IMG/VR virus record: IMGVR_UViG_3300046028_001155
Span: 1-28,683 of that record
From: a virus
Taxonomy: Duplodnaviria > Caudoviricetes
DNA: 28,683 nucleotides
Reading direction: 5' to 3' (one strand)
Below, in pieces: positions 16,488 through 25,290 of this stretch (positions are counted from its first letter, which is position 1; every line of letters starts with the position of its first letter). The translations under genes were made by a program, and so were the position numbers. Below the pieces are notes generated by a model. The model saw only the letters and a program-made list of their open reading frames with translations, was not told the origin of the DNA and did not search any database.

Positions 16488-17398
16488 GAATTTTCCACTT
16501 AGGGTTAATGGTTGCACCTCCGCCAAATGATTCAGCACGTAAAGCCTTTATGGCTAACTGCACAGATTACATAGAGTTATCCACAGGGGCAAAGGATGTA
16601 AACCAAGAAGCAATAAGAATAGCTAGAGAGTTTAGACCTGATATTATATTCATGCAGATACAAAGTCCTAACATAATACACATAGAAACTGTTAAGGCTA
16701 TGCGTGAAACAGGCGCATGGATTTGTAATTGGAACGGCGATATAAGAGACGAAACTCCTGCATGGATGATTGCAATGGCACCTCATATAGATAAGACTTT
16801 GTTTTCTAATATGCGGGATGTCAAAAACGTAGTAAACGGCGGCTATTTAGAGATTGGTTATGATCCTGAGATATACAAGCCAGACGGCGAGATAGGTAAT
16901 TGCAGAGATATTTCATTTTTTGGTAATAATTACGGAGGTGATAAATTTCCGTTAAGCAGGTTGCGTATAGACATGAATACGATGCTACATAAGCATTTTG
17001 GCGATAAGTATGGCGTTTACGGCAATAACTGGTTTAACGTGGCAGGTAACTATAATCATTCACAGGCTGAGGAATCAAAAGCATATAGAGCCACTAAGAT
17101 AGCTATTAACCTAAGCCATTACGATGAAGATTCATATAGCTCTGATAGGATTTATAGGATACTAGGATCAGGTGCGTTCTGTTTATGCAAGGTTTATCCT
17201 AATATGCCTTTTATAGATCATGTTCACGTTAGGACATGGAATAGTTTATATGATTTAATGGTATTGCTAAGATACTATCTGGATGACCATAAAGAGGAAC
17301 GTGATCTAATAGCAAAGCAAGGCAATGAGTTTGTTAAGGCAAATTTTACTTTTGATAATATGGTAAAGAATTTAATAGAGATATATGAGCAAAATTAA
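16484..17398 (+). CDS. Glycosyltransferase, GT-B (CgeB/Glyco_trans_1_2-like)
   Basis: FRPDIIF, GYDPEIYKP, DISFFGN, KIAINLSH...SDRIYRILGSGAF.L. Confidence 0.85.
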   Translation: MRIFHLGLMVAPPPNDSARKAFMANCTDYIELSTGAKDVNQEAIRIAREFRPDIIFMQIQSPNIIHIETVKAMRETGAWICNWNGDIRDETPAWMIAMAPHIDKTLFSNMRDVKNVVNGGYLEIGYDPEIYKPDGEIGNCRDISFFGNNYGGDKFPLSRLRIDMNTMLHKHFGDKYGVYGNNWFNVAGNYNHSQAEESKAYRATKIAINLSHYDEDSYSSDRIYRILGSGAFCLCKVYPNMPFIDHVHVRTWNSLYDLMVLLRYYLDDHKEERDLIAKQGNEFVKANFTFDNMVKNLIEIYEQN

Positions 17399-18134
17399 AG
17401 TTTTAGGATTTATGACTATACACTACGCAGGTGATTACTTGCGTGAGGCTTTGATGTCGGTTGTAGATCATGTAGATAAAATGGTAATTGCTTATAGCAT
17501 GATGCCAAGTCAAGGTCATGGAACGCTATTGCAATGTCCAGATTCAGAGGGTTATATATTTAGCATTTGTCAGGATGTTTTAAAAGATAAATTAATCTGG
17601 GACAGAGCCGATAGATACGGAGCTGAGAATGAGCATAGATCAGTCAAGTATAAATACTCTGATGGATATGATCTGGTTCTGACAGTAGATTCAGATGAGG
17701 TTTATAAATCAGATGAGTTAGATGCATCTTTTGAGTATGCTTATTGGGGCGTAGATAGGTTTTATGGAATTGATGGTTTTGTTAATTTTTGGCGGTCTTT
17801 TGACTATGCTTGTTATGATGGATTCAGACCGATTCGATTAGAGAATTTGCATAGGAAAGAACATACTCAGGATTTAAACCTTAAGCAAACAATCTACCAT
17901 TTTAGCACCTGTCAGCCAGAGCCTATTATGAGATACAAGTATAATGTATTCGGTCATGCACACGAAGTTAGAAAAGACTGGCTAAATGATTGTTTCTATA
18001 AATGGAAACCTAATAAGCAGTTTGATGACGTGCATTGCGTAGCGTTTAACTTGTGGAATCCTGTAAAGTTTGATAAATCTGTATTGCCTAGCTATTTAAA
18101 GAGTCATCATAATTATAACAAGGTTTTAGTATGA
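17385..18134 (+). CDS. Glycosyltransferase, GT2-like (GT-A)
   Basis: YLREALMSVVDHVDKMVI and a VLTVDSDE DxD motif. Confidence 0.8.
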   Translation: MSKIKVLGFMTIHYAGDYLREALMSVVDHVDKMVIAYSMMPSQGHGTLLQCPDSEGYIFSICQDVLKDKLIWDRADRYGAENEHRSVKYKYSDGYDLVLTVDSDEVYKSDELDASFEYAYWGVDRFYGIDGFVNFWRSFDYACYDGFRPIRLENLHRKEHTQDLNLKQTIYHFSTCQPEPIMRYKYNVFGHAHEVRKDWLNDCFYKWKPNKQFDDVHCVAFNLWNPVKFDKSVLPSYLKSHHNYNKVLV

Positions 18135-18703
18135 ACGCAGCTATAATTATTGATGACCGAGAAGATGTGGCTCAGGAAGCAATTGCAAGACATAAAAGGT
18201 TTATACCAAAGTCATGGGATTTGCTACACATTCAACCGCCCTATGCAGGTGGTATTTATTACATAAAAACTCCTAGAGTATATAACTCTATATTAACTAA
18301 TCCTAATTTCTGGCAAGGCGCAAGATATGACAGGGTGCTAATATTTCAGCATGATTCTGGATTATTAAAAGATGGCATTGAGGAGTTTTTAGAATGGGAC
18401 TTTATAGGATCGTGGATTAAAAACATACCGGGTTGCATGAATGGCGGTCTAAGCATACGCAATCCAAAGCTAATGTATGAGATATGCTCAAAGCATCCTT
18501 ATAAAGGCATGGAAAAAGATGGTAATGAAGACATTTACTTTACCAACAAGATGCGTGAATTAGGCTATAAGTTACCTGATAAGGCAATCTGCAATAAGTT
18601 TGCAGTTGAAACAGAATTTGAGTATGGCTCAGTAGGCTATCATGCAATAGATAAATACCATAAAAATTATAACTTATTATTAAAGCAGTATGAAAATAGT
18701 TAG
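18131..18703 (+). CDS. DUF5672-like putative glycosyltransferase (GT-A)
   Basis: VLIFQHDS, WDFIG, NGGLSIRN, NEDIYF, FAVE, GYH motifs. Confidence 0.8.
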   Translation: MNAAIIIDDREDVAQEAIARHKRFIPKSWDLLHIQPPYAGGIYYIKTPRVYNSILTNPNFWQGARYDRVLIFQHDSGLLKDGIEEFLEWDFIGSWIKNIPGCMNGGLSIRNPKLMYEICSKHPYKGMEKDGNEDIYFTNKMRELGYKLPDKAICNKFAVETEFEYGSVGYHAIDKYHKNYNLLLKQYENS

Positions 18704-18797
18704 GTTTTTATTTCACATGATAGCAGGAGCGTTTTTTTTGCTAGGTTTTAGCTTTATTTTATTAGCAGTAATTGGTTTAATTAAATATATATGGTAA
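18690..18797 (+). CDS. 35-aa single-pass membrane micro-protein, absent from the ORF track
   Basis: MKIVRFLFHMIAGAFFLLGFSFILLAVIGLIKYIW*; overlaps both neighbours and fills the gap. Confidence 0.65.
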   Translation: MKIVRFLFHMIAGAFFLLGFSFILLAVIGLIKYIW

Positions 18798-19396
18798 ACT
18801 TATTTACTTCAATTTATACCGATAAAAGCGCAATTAGGCAAAAGGAATTAATTTACTGCTTAAATAAGAATATAGCTAATGCGCATATTAATAAAATTTA
18901 TTTATATGTTGATGGCGAAGTAGAAATTCCTGAATCTGATAAATTAGTAATTATACCATTTAAGAGACCTACTTACAGAGATTTCTTTAATCTAATTGAT
19001 AGAACAGTAACAAGCAGAGAGGATATTTCAATAGTTGCCAATACAGATATTTATTTCAATAATACTCTAAATGGTTTAAACTTACATGAACGGCAATGCA
19101 TAGCTTTAAGTAGGTGGGATGATAAGATTGGCGGGTTAAAATTACACAATGAGAGATTTAGTCAGGATGTCTGGATGTTCAAAGGTAAGATGCGAAATGT
19201 TAATTTCTGCGATTTTTATTTAGGCATACCGGGTTGTGATAATCGGATTGCTTATGAGTTACATAGCGCAGGTTATGCGCTTTATAATCCTGCTACAAGA
19301 ATTCAAGCTATTCACTACCATAGAAGTGATTTGCATAATTACGATGGCAAAACATTAAAAATACAAAGACCATATTTATTTATTCCGGTAACATGA
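18791..19396 (+). CDS. Putative glycosyltransferase (GT-A-like)
   Basis: IVANTDIYF (NxD variant of DxD), SQDVW, GCDNRIA, IHYH; cluster context. Confidence 0.65.
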   Translation: MVNLFTSIYTDKSAIRQKELIYCLNKNIANAHINKIYLYVDGEVEIPESDKLVIIPFKRPTYRDFFNLIDRTVTSREDISIVANTDIYFNNTLNGLNLHERQCIALSRWDDKIGGLKLHNERFSQDVWMFKGKMRNVNFCDFYLGIPGCDNRIAYELHSAGYALYNPATRIQAIHYHRSDLHNYDGKTLKIQRPYLFIPVT

Positions 19397-20337
19397 AAAT
19401 CTTATTAACTCCAGGCATCTACTTACCACACCAAAGAGCCGGATCAGAAATCTATTTGCACAGAGTTGTAAAATATCTAATGAGCAAAGGTCATGAGGTT
19501 AAAGCAGTTACTAGATGCCCAGAGAATTACAGTTTTGATGGCATAGAAGTTTACAAAGCCAAAGACAATTACAAGCATTGCCATAATGATTTATGGGACT
19601 GGGCGGATTTAGTGTTTTGTCAACTGTCAGGCACTTACTACGCAATGAACAAGCAAAGGCTAAAAGCTAAAAAAGTTATAAACTTTGCTCATAACAACGT
19701 AGGCTATCCGCAGGTCAACATTAGACCGAATGTTTATACTGTGTATAACTGCGAGAATACAAAGCAAGAATTAAACTATAATCAAGAAACCTACACCTTA
19801 TACGCGCCAATAGATTACAGAGATTACTCAACTGATAGACCAGAGGCAGAATACGTGACGCTGATAAATCATAACGAAAACAAAGGCGGTCAGATATTAA
19901 TAGAGATAGCTAAGCGAATGCCTAAAACAAAGTTTATGGCAGTACAAGGCGGTTACTATCATCAGATCAAAGATGAAAAGGTCAGGAATATAAAATATGT
20001 ACCTTTAATTGATGATGTGCGCAAATATCTGGCAATGACTAAGGTTTTAATAGCGCCATCAGAATACGAGAGTTATGGAATGGCTCAAATAGAAGCTCTG
20101 TGTTGCAATATTCCTGTTATCTGTTCTGATATACTAGGTTTTAGAGATAGTGTCTCAGATGCAGGCATATTCGTTGATAGAAACAATATAGAGGGTTGGA
20201 TAGATGCTATTACTAACATAGATACTATAGAGACTAAAAAAACGCCTTTGCAAAGGGCAAAAGAATTAGATCCTGTTAAGGAATTGCCAAAGTTTGAAAA
20301 TTGGTTAAATAAAATATGTAATTTAGCGCTATTATAA
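19393..20337 (+). CDS. Glycosyltransferase, GT4 family (GT-B)
   Basis: AGSEIY, GHEV, NKGG, PSEYESYGMAQIEA...PVI.SD (ExxGxxxxEA). Confidence 0.9.
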   Translation: MKILLTPGIYLPHQRAGSEIYLHRVVKYLMSKGHEVKAVTRCPENYSFDGIEVYKAKDNYKHCHNDLWDWADLVFCQLSGTYYAMNKQRLKAKKVINFAHNNVGYPQVNIRPNVYTVYNCENTKQELNYNQETYTLYAPIDYRDYSTDRPEAEYVTLINHNENKGGQILIEIAKRMPKTKFMAVQGGYYHQIKDEKVRNIKYVPLIDDVRKYLAMTKVLIAPSEYESYGMAQIEALCCNIPVICSDILGFRDSVSDAGIFVDRNNIEGWIDAITNIDTIETKKTPLQRAKELDPVKELPKFENWLNKICNLALL

Positions 20338-20382
20338 TGGAAAAAAAAGAGTATCTAAAAGCACCTTTTAAACCTAAGCAGA

Positions 20383-20883
20383 ATGAATCAGTTAAACGTA
20401 GTGAGCCTAGCGGAGGCAAAATTATACTTGAGAATAGATCCAGACGATACTATAGAAGATGGATTGATTACCTCATTAATAAAATCTGCGGTTAATCAGG
20501 CAGAGGAATTTACCTTACAAGTATTATGGCAAAGAGAATTGAGTTTAATTACTCCTGTTTCTGGTGCAGTTAAAATATATGAATATCCTTTGATCTCGGT
20601 TGAAACTGTGGTAGATCCTGACATGGTTGCGCTAACATTTGAAACAATCGAAACTCAGGGATTTACTGAGGTTATATCTAGCACGGCAGGATTCAATACA
20701 GTTACATTTGTAGCAGGTTACGGATGGAATTATGAGGGCGGTTCTGAGGTTCCAGATGACATAGAAACGGCAATCAAAGAAATGATAGCTTTTTATTATG
20801 AGAATAGGGATAACCCAGTTGTTGGAATGCCTACGATTGCAACTCTTTTACTATCGCCTTACAGGCGTATAACACTATTCTAA
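20383..20883 (+). CDS. Head-tail adaptor (HK97 gp6/SPP1 gp15-like)
   Basis: VSLAEAKLYLRID...ED.LI..LI.SA, AGYG, VP.DI..AI...IA..YENR, LL.PYR. Confidence 0.9.
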   Translation: MNQLNVVSLAEAKLYLRIDPDDTIEDGLITSLIKSAVNQAEEFTLQVLWQRELSLITPVSGAVKIYEYPLISVETVVDPDMVALTFETIETQGFTEVISSTAGFNTVTFVAGYGWNYEGGSEVPDDIETAIKEMIAFYYENRDNPVVGMPTIATLLLSPYRRITLF

Positions 20884-21221
20884 TGAATCCCGGCAGATTA
20901 AATAAGCGCATTACATTTGGCACGTTCAGCTCGGTTGAAAATGCCTATCAGGATTATGTAATTACGTTTGTGCCTGTATTAGCTACATGGTCAAATATAA
21001 AGCCATACGATGGTAATAGACAGTTACAAGCGCAAGAACAGGTTATAAACCAGTCTTATAGATTTACAATCCGGTATAGAAAAGACTTTGCACCTACAAA
21101 GGACATGAGGATTCTGTATGAGTTAAATTTTTTCACTATTCATTCAATTAGGAATGTAGATGATACATTTCGGTTTTATGAGATACTGGCATCTGTTACG
21201 GATAATACTAATGGCAGCTAA
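20883..21221 (+). CDS. Head closure / stopper protein (SPP1 gp16-like)
   Basis: NPGRLNKRIT, FTIRYR, MRI motifs. Confidence 0.88.
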   Translation: MNPGRLNKRITFGTFSSVENAYQDYVITFVPVLATWSNIKPYDGNRQLQAQEQVINQSYRFTIRYRKDFAPTKDMRILYELNFFTIHSIRNVDDTFRFYEILASVTDNTNGS

Positions 21222-21645
21222 AATAGATATTTCTAAACTTTTATCTCAAATTTCAGCATTTGATCATGATGCTAATAGGTCAGCCGTTTCTGTTACTAAT
21301 GAAACAACTCAACAAATGGTTACAAATGCTCAGTTAAGAGTTGTAGTAGATACAGGTCAGTTAAGATTATCAATAGGTAAAACAACTGCTAGAGTTGGTT
21401 ATAATCGCTCATTCTTTTTTGCAAATGCTCCATATGCGGCTTATGTTGAGTTTGGAACTGGGGAGGGTGTTAAAATACCAAATGGGTTTTCAGATTTAGC
21501 AGAGCCTTTTAAAGGAACAAGAATAAGAAATTATCGTGCTAAACCTTTTTTTATACCTAGCTACCTAGAGGGCATTCAACAATATCCAAAAGAATTAAGA
21601 AAAGTATTAGAAGTTCAGATAAGAAAATATAATGCAAAAAAATAA
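21211..21645 (+). CDS. HK97 gp10-like neck/tail-completion protein
   Basis: VDTGQLR.SI, YAAYVEFGT, AKPFF.P; ATG21211 preferred. Confidence 0.85.
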   Translation: MAAKIDISKLLSQISAFDHDANRSAVSVTNETTQQMVTNAQLRVVVDTGQLRLSIGKTTARVGYNRSFFFANAPYAAYVEFGTGEGVKIPNGFSDLAEPFKGTRIRNYRAKPFFIPSYLEGIQQYPKELRKVLEVQIRKYNAKK

Positions 21646-21646
21646 T

Positions 21647-21654
21647 TACATTTG
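21647..21654 (+). promoter_or_regulatory. -7 promoter box TACATTTG for tail genes
   Basis: Exact TAnnTTTG in a 13-nt gap, 4 nt before ATG21659. Confidence 0.5.
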
Positions 21655-21658
21655 AGAA

Positions 21659-22081
21659 ATGAAGGATGCTAACCTATCGATACTAAATGCATATAAGACT
21701 ACACTAGCTAATTTAATAGTTGGCGGTGTAACTATTCCAGTATATTCAAAGTCAGCGCCTTTAAATAATGTCCCGGCTAAATACGTTATATTATCTAGTC
21801 AAACAAGATTGCAGGAAAAAACAAAGTGCGGTTATTGGTATTTATGTACTATAAACGTGCAGATAGTAACTAGATACCCAAACGGAAATGGTGATTTAAG
21901 TTTTTCAATGGTTATAGGTGAAGAGATACAAAATAGAATACAAGCTACTAACTTAACTTTAAGTAACTTTATAAATGTAGATACTTTACAATTATTGACA
22001 AATGAGGTAACTTTAGAAACAGAAACAGAAAACATATTTCAATACATACTAACTTTTCAACACAAATTAAATAGAACTTAA
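21659..22081 (+). CDS. Tail terminator protein
   Basis: Position between the gp10-like and tube genes; PVY...P...P..YV pattern; 140 aa. Confidence 0.7.
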   Translation: MKDANLSILNAYKTTLANLIVGGVTIPVYSKSAPLNNVPAKYVILSSQTRLQEKTKCGYWYLCTINVQIVTRYPNGNGDLSFSMVIGEEIQNRIQATNLTLSNFINVDTLQLLTNEVTLETETENIFQYILTFQHKLNRT

Positions 22082-22083
22082 TT

Positions 22084-22554
22084 ATGGCAGCAGAAACATT
22101 TTATTCAGGCAGTCTATTCATGCTCTACATTCGCACAGGTGGCGCATGGAAGCCAGTAGCATGTTTGACATCAAACGGAATCAGCGAATCATGGGATTTT
22201 GCTGAGACAGTAACTAAATGCGATCCTGGAGTTACCAGACGCAAACCTACTACTTATTCTTATGAAATTCCTTTTGAAGGCGTTTTTACAGATACAGTCG
22301 GTGCAGGTGGCGATACCGCTAAAGCATCATGGGACACAATTAAAAACATTGCAAGAGCAAAGACTTTGACTGAGTATCAGGTAGCTTTATTACTTGCTAA
22401 TGGTGCAGAAGATCCAAACTTTGCCGCTCAATTTGGAGCTGCTTATTTTAGCGCATTAGAAATCACAGGTGCAGAAGGCGAGTTTATTACCTTCACTGGT
22501 ACTTTGTTAGGTGATGGCGATATTACTGAGGTTGATCCTTATCCGGGTTACTAA
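22084..22554 (+). CDS. Major tail tube protein
   Basis: PVACLTSN, ETVTKC, FEGV, GAAY.SALEIT...TFTGTL.GDG; upstream of the chaperones. Confidence 0.85.
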   Translation: MAAETFYSGSLFMLYIRTGGAWKPVACLTSNGISESWDFAETVTKCDPGVTRRKPTTYSYEIPFEGVFTDTVGAGGDTAKASWDTIKNIARAKTLTEYQVALLLANGAEDPNFAAQFGAAYFSALEITGAEGEFITFTGTLLGDGDITEVDPYPGY

Positions 22555-22908
22555 ATGGAGGGACATTTAACGTACAAAATAGGTGAAGTTGATAGGCAGA
22601 TGTTCTTTGGCAATTATGCACTAGAGCAAACGCTAACTCACTTTGATGCATCGGTAACTGATTTATCGGATTTGTTAGGTAAACAATTACTGCCGTTCTT
22701 GAGAATATTTATCTATCATGCTGCGGCTTATCCTTTATTAAAAAAAGGCGAGATATTAGACTTTACGGAGTTTGATGTACATGATTGGATTGATAATTCT
22801 GGAGGCTCAGGTGGTGAGTTTATATTAACTATATCTAAAGAAGTCTTTAGAGTGCTAGGGTTAAATACAGAGGTAACAGAACAAAAAAAAAGCAAAGCGG
22901 AAAGTTAA
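22555..22908 (+). CDS. Tail assembly chaperone (lambda G-like)
   Basis: Between tube and tape measure genes; ends at a slippery A-run. Confidence 0.8.
   Translation: MEGHLTYKIGEVDRQMFFGNYALEQTLTHFDASVTDLSDLLGKQLLPFLRIFIYHAAAYPLLKKGEILDFTEFDVHDWIDNSGGSGGEFILTISKEVFRVLGLNTEVTEQKKSKAES
22882..22892 (+). other. Programmed -1 frameshift site (CAA AAA AAA AG)
   Basis: A9 run; the -1 frame is open (..KQSGKLNWNKDVLTFAFGE..) into the ORF ending at 23216. Confidence 0.8.
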
Positions 22909-22922
22909 ATTGGAATAAAGAT

Positions 22923-23216
22923 GTGCTGACATTTGCTTTTGGTGAGATGGGAATGATGCCCGATGAGTTTTACGCCTTGACATGGAATCAATATATATTG
23001 AAATGTCAAGGCTTTTTTAATAAAGAAAAAAAAGACTGGGAGCGGATTGGATGGTCTACGTGGAACGGAATGAGAGTTCACGTAAATAAAGGAATGCCCA
23101 GTTTTAAAAAGTTTATGTCATTTATCTACGAAAATGATGAGATAGCAGACATGGACATAATCAAAGATCAAATGAATAAGGCGATGCTTAAATACTTACA
23201 AGATGCAAGGAATTGA
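22923..23216 (+). CDS. Tail assembly chaperone, frameshift extension (lambda T-like)
   Basis: GM.PDEFY.LT motif; in the -1 frame relative to the upstream chaperone. Confidence 0.8.
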   Translation: MLTFAFGEMGMMPDEFYALTWNQYILKCQGFFNKEKKDWERIGWSTWNGMRVHVNKGMPSFKKFMSFIYENDEIADMDIIKDQMNKAMLKYLQDARN

Positions 23217-25290
23217 GATACCTATTGGCGCACCTTTAGGCAAATTAGATGATGATTTAAAAGGTGCTCAAAAAAAATTAAAAGGATTTACTAATACTGC
23301 TGAAACAGATTTAAAAAGTTTTTCATCTACTGCTAGTAGTACATTTAAAAGCGTAGGACTTGCTTTTGCAGGTGCTTTTAGTGTAGGTGCTTTTGTAAGT
23401 TTTGGGAAAGAGGTATTAGCAGTAACGGCTGAGTTTGAAAAGTTTGGTGCAGTTCTAGGTAATACTTTAGGCTCTAATGCTTTAGCAAAATTAAAATTGA
23501 AAGAAATTTCAGATTTTGCAGCTAAAACTCCATTTAGCGTAAATGAATTAACTGATTCCTTTATCAAGTTAGCTAATCAAGGATTTAAACCTACGGGAGA
23601 TGAAATGCGAAGTCTAGGAGATTTGGCATCAAGCACAGGTAAATCATTTAATCAATTAGCAGAGGCAATATTAGATGCACAAACTGGTGAATTTGAAAGA
23701 CTAAAAGAGTTTGGAGTTAGAGCACAGGCTTCTGGTGATAAAGTAATTTTTACTTTTAAAGGAGTTCAAACCATAGTAGATAAATCATCTGAGGCTATTA
23801 GAGGTTATGTTTTATCTTTAGGTAATGCTGAGGGTGTATCTGGATCTATGGCAGTTATATCTGAAACATTAACAGGTAAGATTTCAAACTTAGGGGATAG
23901 TTGGGATCAAATGCTTGTATCAGTTGGAAGCAATACTTCTGGAGTGTTTACTAGCGCTATTGATTTAATAAGTCAAGCAATTAATAAAGTTACAGATTTT
24001 AATAAATCCTTAAATACAGTATCAAAATTTAAACTTGAATCAGATTGGGGCGAAAAATTAAATAGAGCAATAAATCCTTTTGCAGAAAAAGGTTCAACAT
24101 CTACAGAAAAAGCTATTTATGCTATTAAACAAGCTGATACTGAGGTTACTAAATTTGTAAGCGGAGCATTAGCAGGTGCAAAAAGCACTTCTGATTTTGG
24201 TACTGCAATAGCAACCCTGCAAAAACAAGGCAATGCTATGATTGCTGATTTTAAAATGTTTGCTCCGCAAGGATTAGTAGGGATAAAAACAACTTATGAA
24301 GAAGGAATAAAAGCCTTAAAAGAGGGCAGGACTGCTTTTGAAAATGAATTAAAAAAGGGCACACCTGCAAAAATAAATTTAGCTGCGGAAAAAAAGGCTG
24401 CTGCTGAGGCTGCAAAATTAGCAAAAGAATCAGCTAAAACTCAGGCTGAAATAAGAGTACAAGCTCAAGCATTTGCAGGTAAACTAGTTATAGATGGTTT
24501 TACAAGAAACATTGAAGCTGAAAAGTTAGCTATTGAAAAGGAATTTGCAGGACTTGATGCATTAATAGAAGAAACAAATCCTTTTGCTAAATTATTTGAA
24601 AAGCAAGATCAAGCTAATGTTCAGTCCTTATTAAGTCCATTTAAAAAATTTAAAGTTATTTTACAAAGCGAAATATTGCCTCAGATTGGAAGCTCATTTA
24701 AAACTTTCTTTGATGATATTTTAATGCAAGGTAAGTTTTCATTTGATTCATTAGGTCAGGCAATTGCAGCTTTAGGTCAAGCAATTAAAAATACGTTTTT
24801 ATCAGTATTAGCTAATGAGGCTACTCAAGGAGTTTTAAATCTATTAGGATCTAAAGGTGGTGAAAGTAAAAAAGGTGCAACTCCATTAATATCAGGTATA
24901 GGTGCATTATTAGGTATAGTTAAAAAAGTAGCAGCGCCAACTGCGGTTGCAGCGGTTGCAGCGCCAGTTGCAGTTGCAGGTACTACGGCAGCGGTTGCAG
25001 CAGGTACTACGGCGGTTGCAGGAGGTACGGCTGCTGCATTAGCTCCGGCTGCTGCTGCTAGTCCATTACTACCTATCTTAGCAGGAATAGCTGCGGTTGC
25101 ATTAATTGCTAATTTATTTAAAAAGAAAAAACAAGCTCCTATTCCACAAGCATCATCAACAATCAGTACAAGTGCGGCAGGATCTGCTCAGGACTTTGGT
25201 GGTGGTCGTGTTGTATTTGAGATTTCAGGTACTAACTTAATCGGAGTTTTAAACAGAGCAGGTGCAAAATTACAGAGGTTCGGACCATGA
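23203..25290 (+). CDS. Tail tape measure protein
   Basis: 695 aa, helical, A/K/G-rich; FAAKTPF...EL tape-measure motif; canonical position. Confidence 0.92.
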   Translation: MQGIEIPIGAPLGKLDDDLKGAQKKLKGFTNTAETDLKSFSSTASSTFKSVGLAFAGAFSVGAFVSFGKEVLAVTAEFEKFGAVLGNTLGSNALAKLKLKEISDFAAKTPFSVNELTDSFIKLANQGFKPTGDEMRSLGDLASSTGKSFNQLAEAILDAQTGEFERLKEFGVRAQASGDKVIFTFKGVQTIVDKSSEAIRGYVLSLGNAEGVSGSMAVISETLTGKISNLGDSWDQMLVSVGSNTSGVFTSAIDLISQAINKVTDFNKSLNTVSKFKLESDWGEKLNRAINPFAEKGSTSTEKAIYAIKQADTEVTKFVSGALAGAKSTSDFGTAIATLQKQGNAMIADFKMFAPQGLVGIKTTYEEGIKALKEGRTAFENELKKGTPAKINLAAEKKAAAEAAKLAKESAKTQAEIRVQAQAFAGKLVIDGFTRNIEAEKLAIEKEFAGLDALIEETNPFAKLFEKQDQANVQSLLSPFKKFKVILQSEILPQIGSSFKTFFDDILMQGKFSFDSLGQAIAALGQAIKNTFLSVLANEATQGVLNLLGSKGGESKKGATPLISGIGALLGIVKKVAAPTAVAAVAAPVAVAGTTAAVAAGTTAVAGGTAAALAPAAAASPLLPILAGIAAVALIANLFKKKKQAPIPQASSTISTSAAGSAQDFGGGRVVFEISGTNLIGVLNRAGAKLQRFGP
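24928..25059 (+). repeat. Degenerate in-frame tandem repeats (GCGGTTGCA, GGTACTACGGC) in the tape measure gene
   Basis: Encodes VAAPTAVAAVAAPVAVAGTTAAVAAGTTAVAGGTAAALAPAAAA. Confidence 0.75.

Noticed and set aside
16484-20337. Classical gtrABC serotype-conversion operon
   Set aside because: No GtrA flippase or polytopic GtrC-like membrane protein, and it lies in the late structural region.
20337-20495. 52-aa ORF MEKKEYLKAPFKPKQ... starting at the GT4 stop (TAATG)
   Set aside because: Mostly overlaps the head-tail adaptor out of frame; it may be a remnant or coupling device but cannot be supported as a gene.
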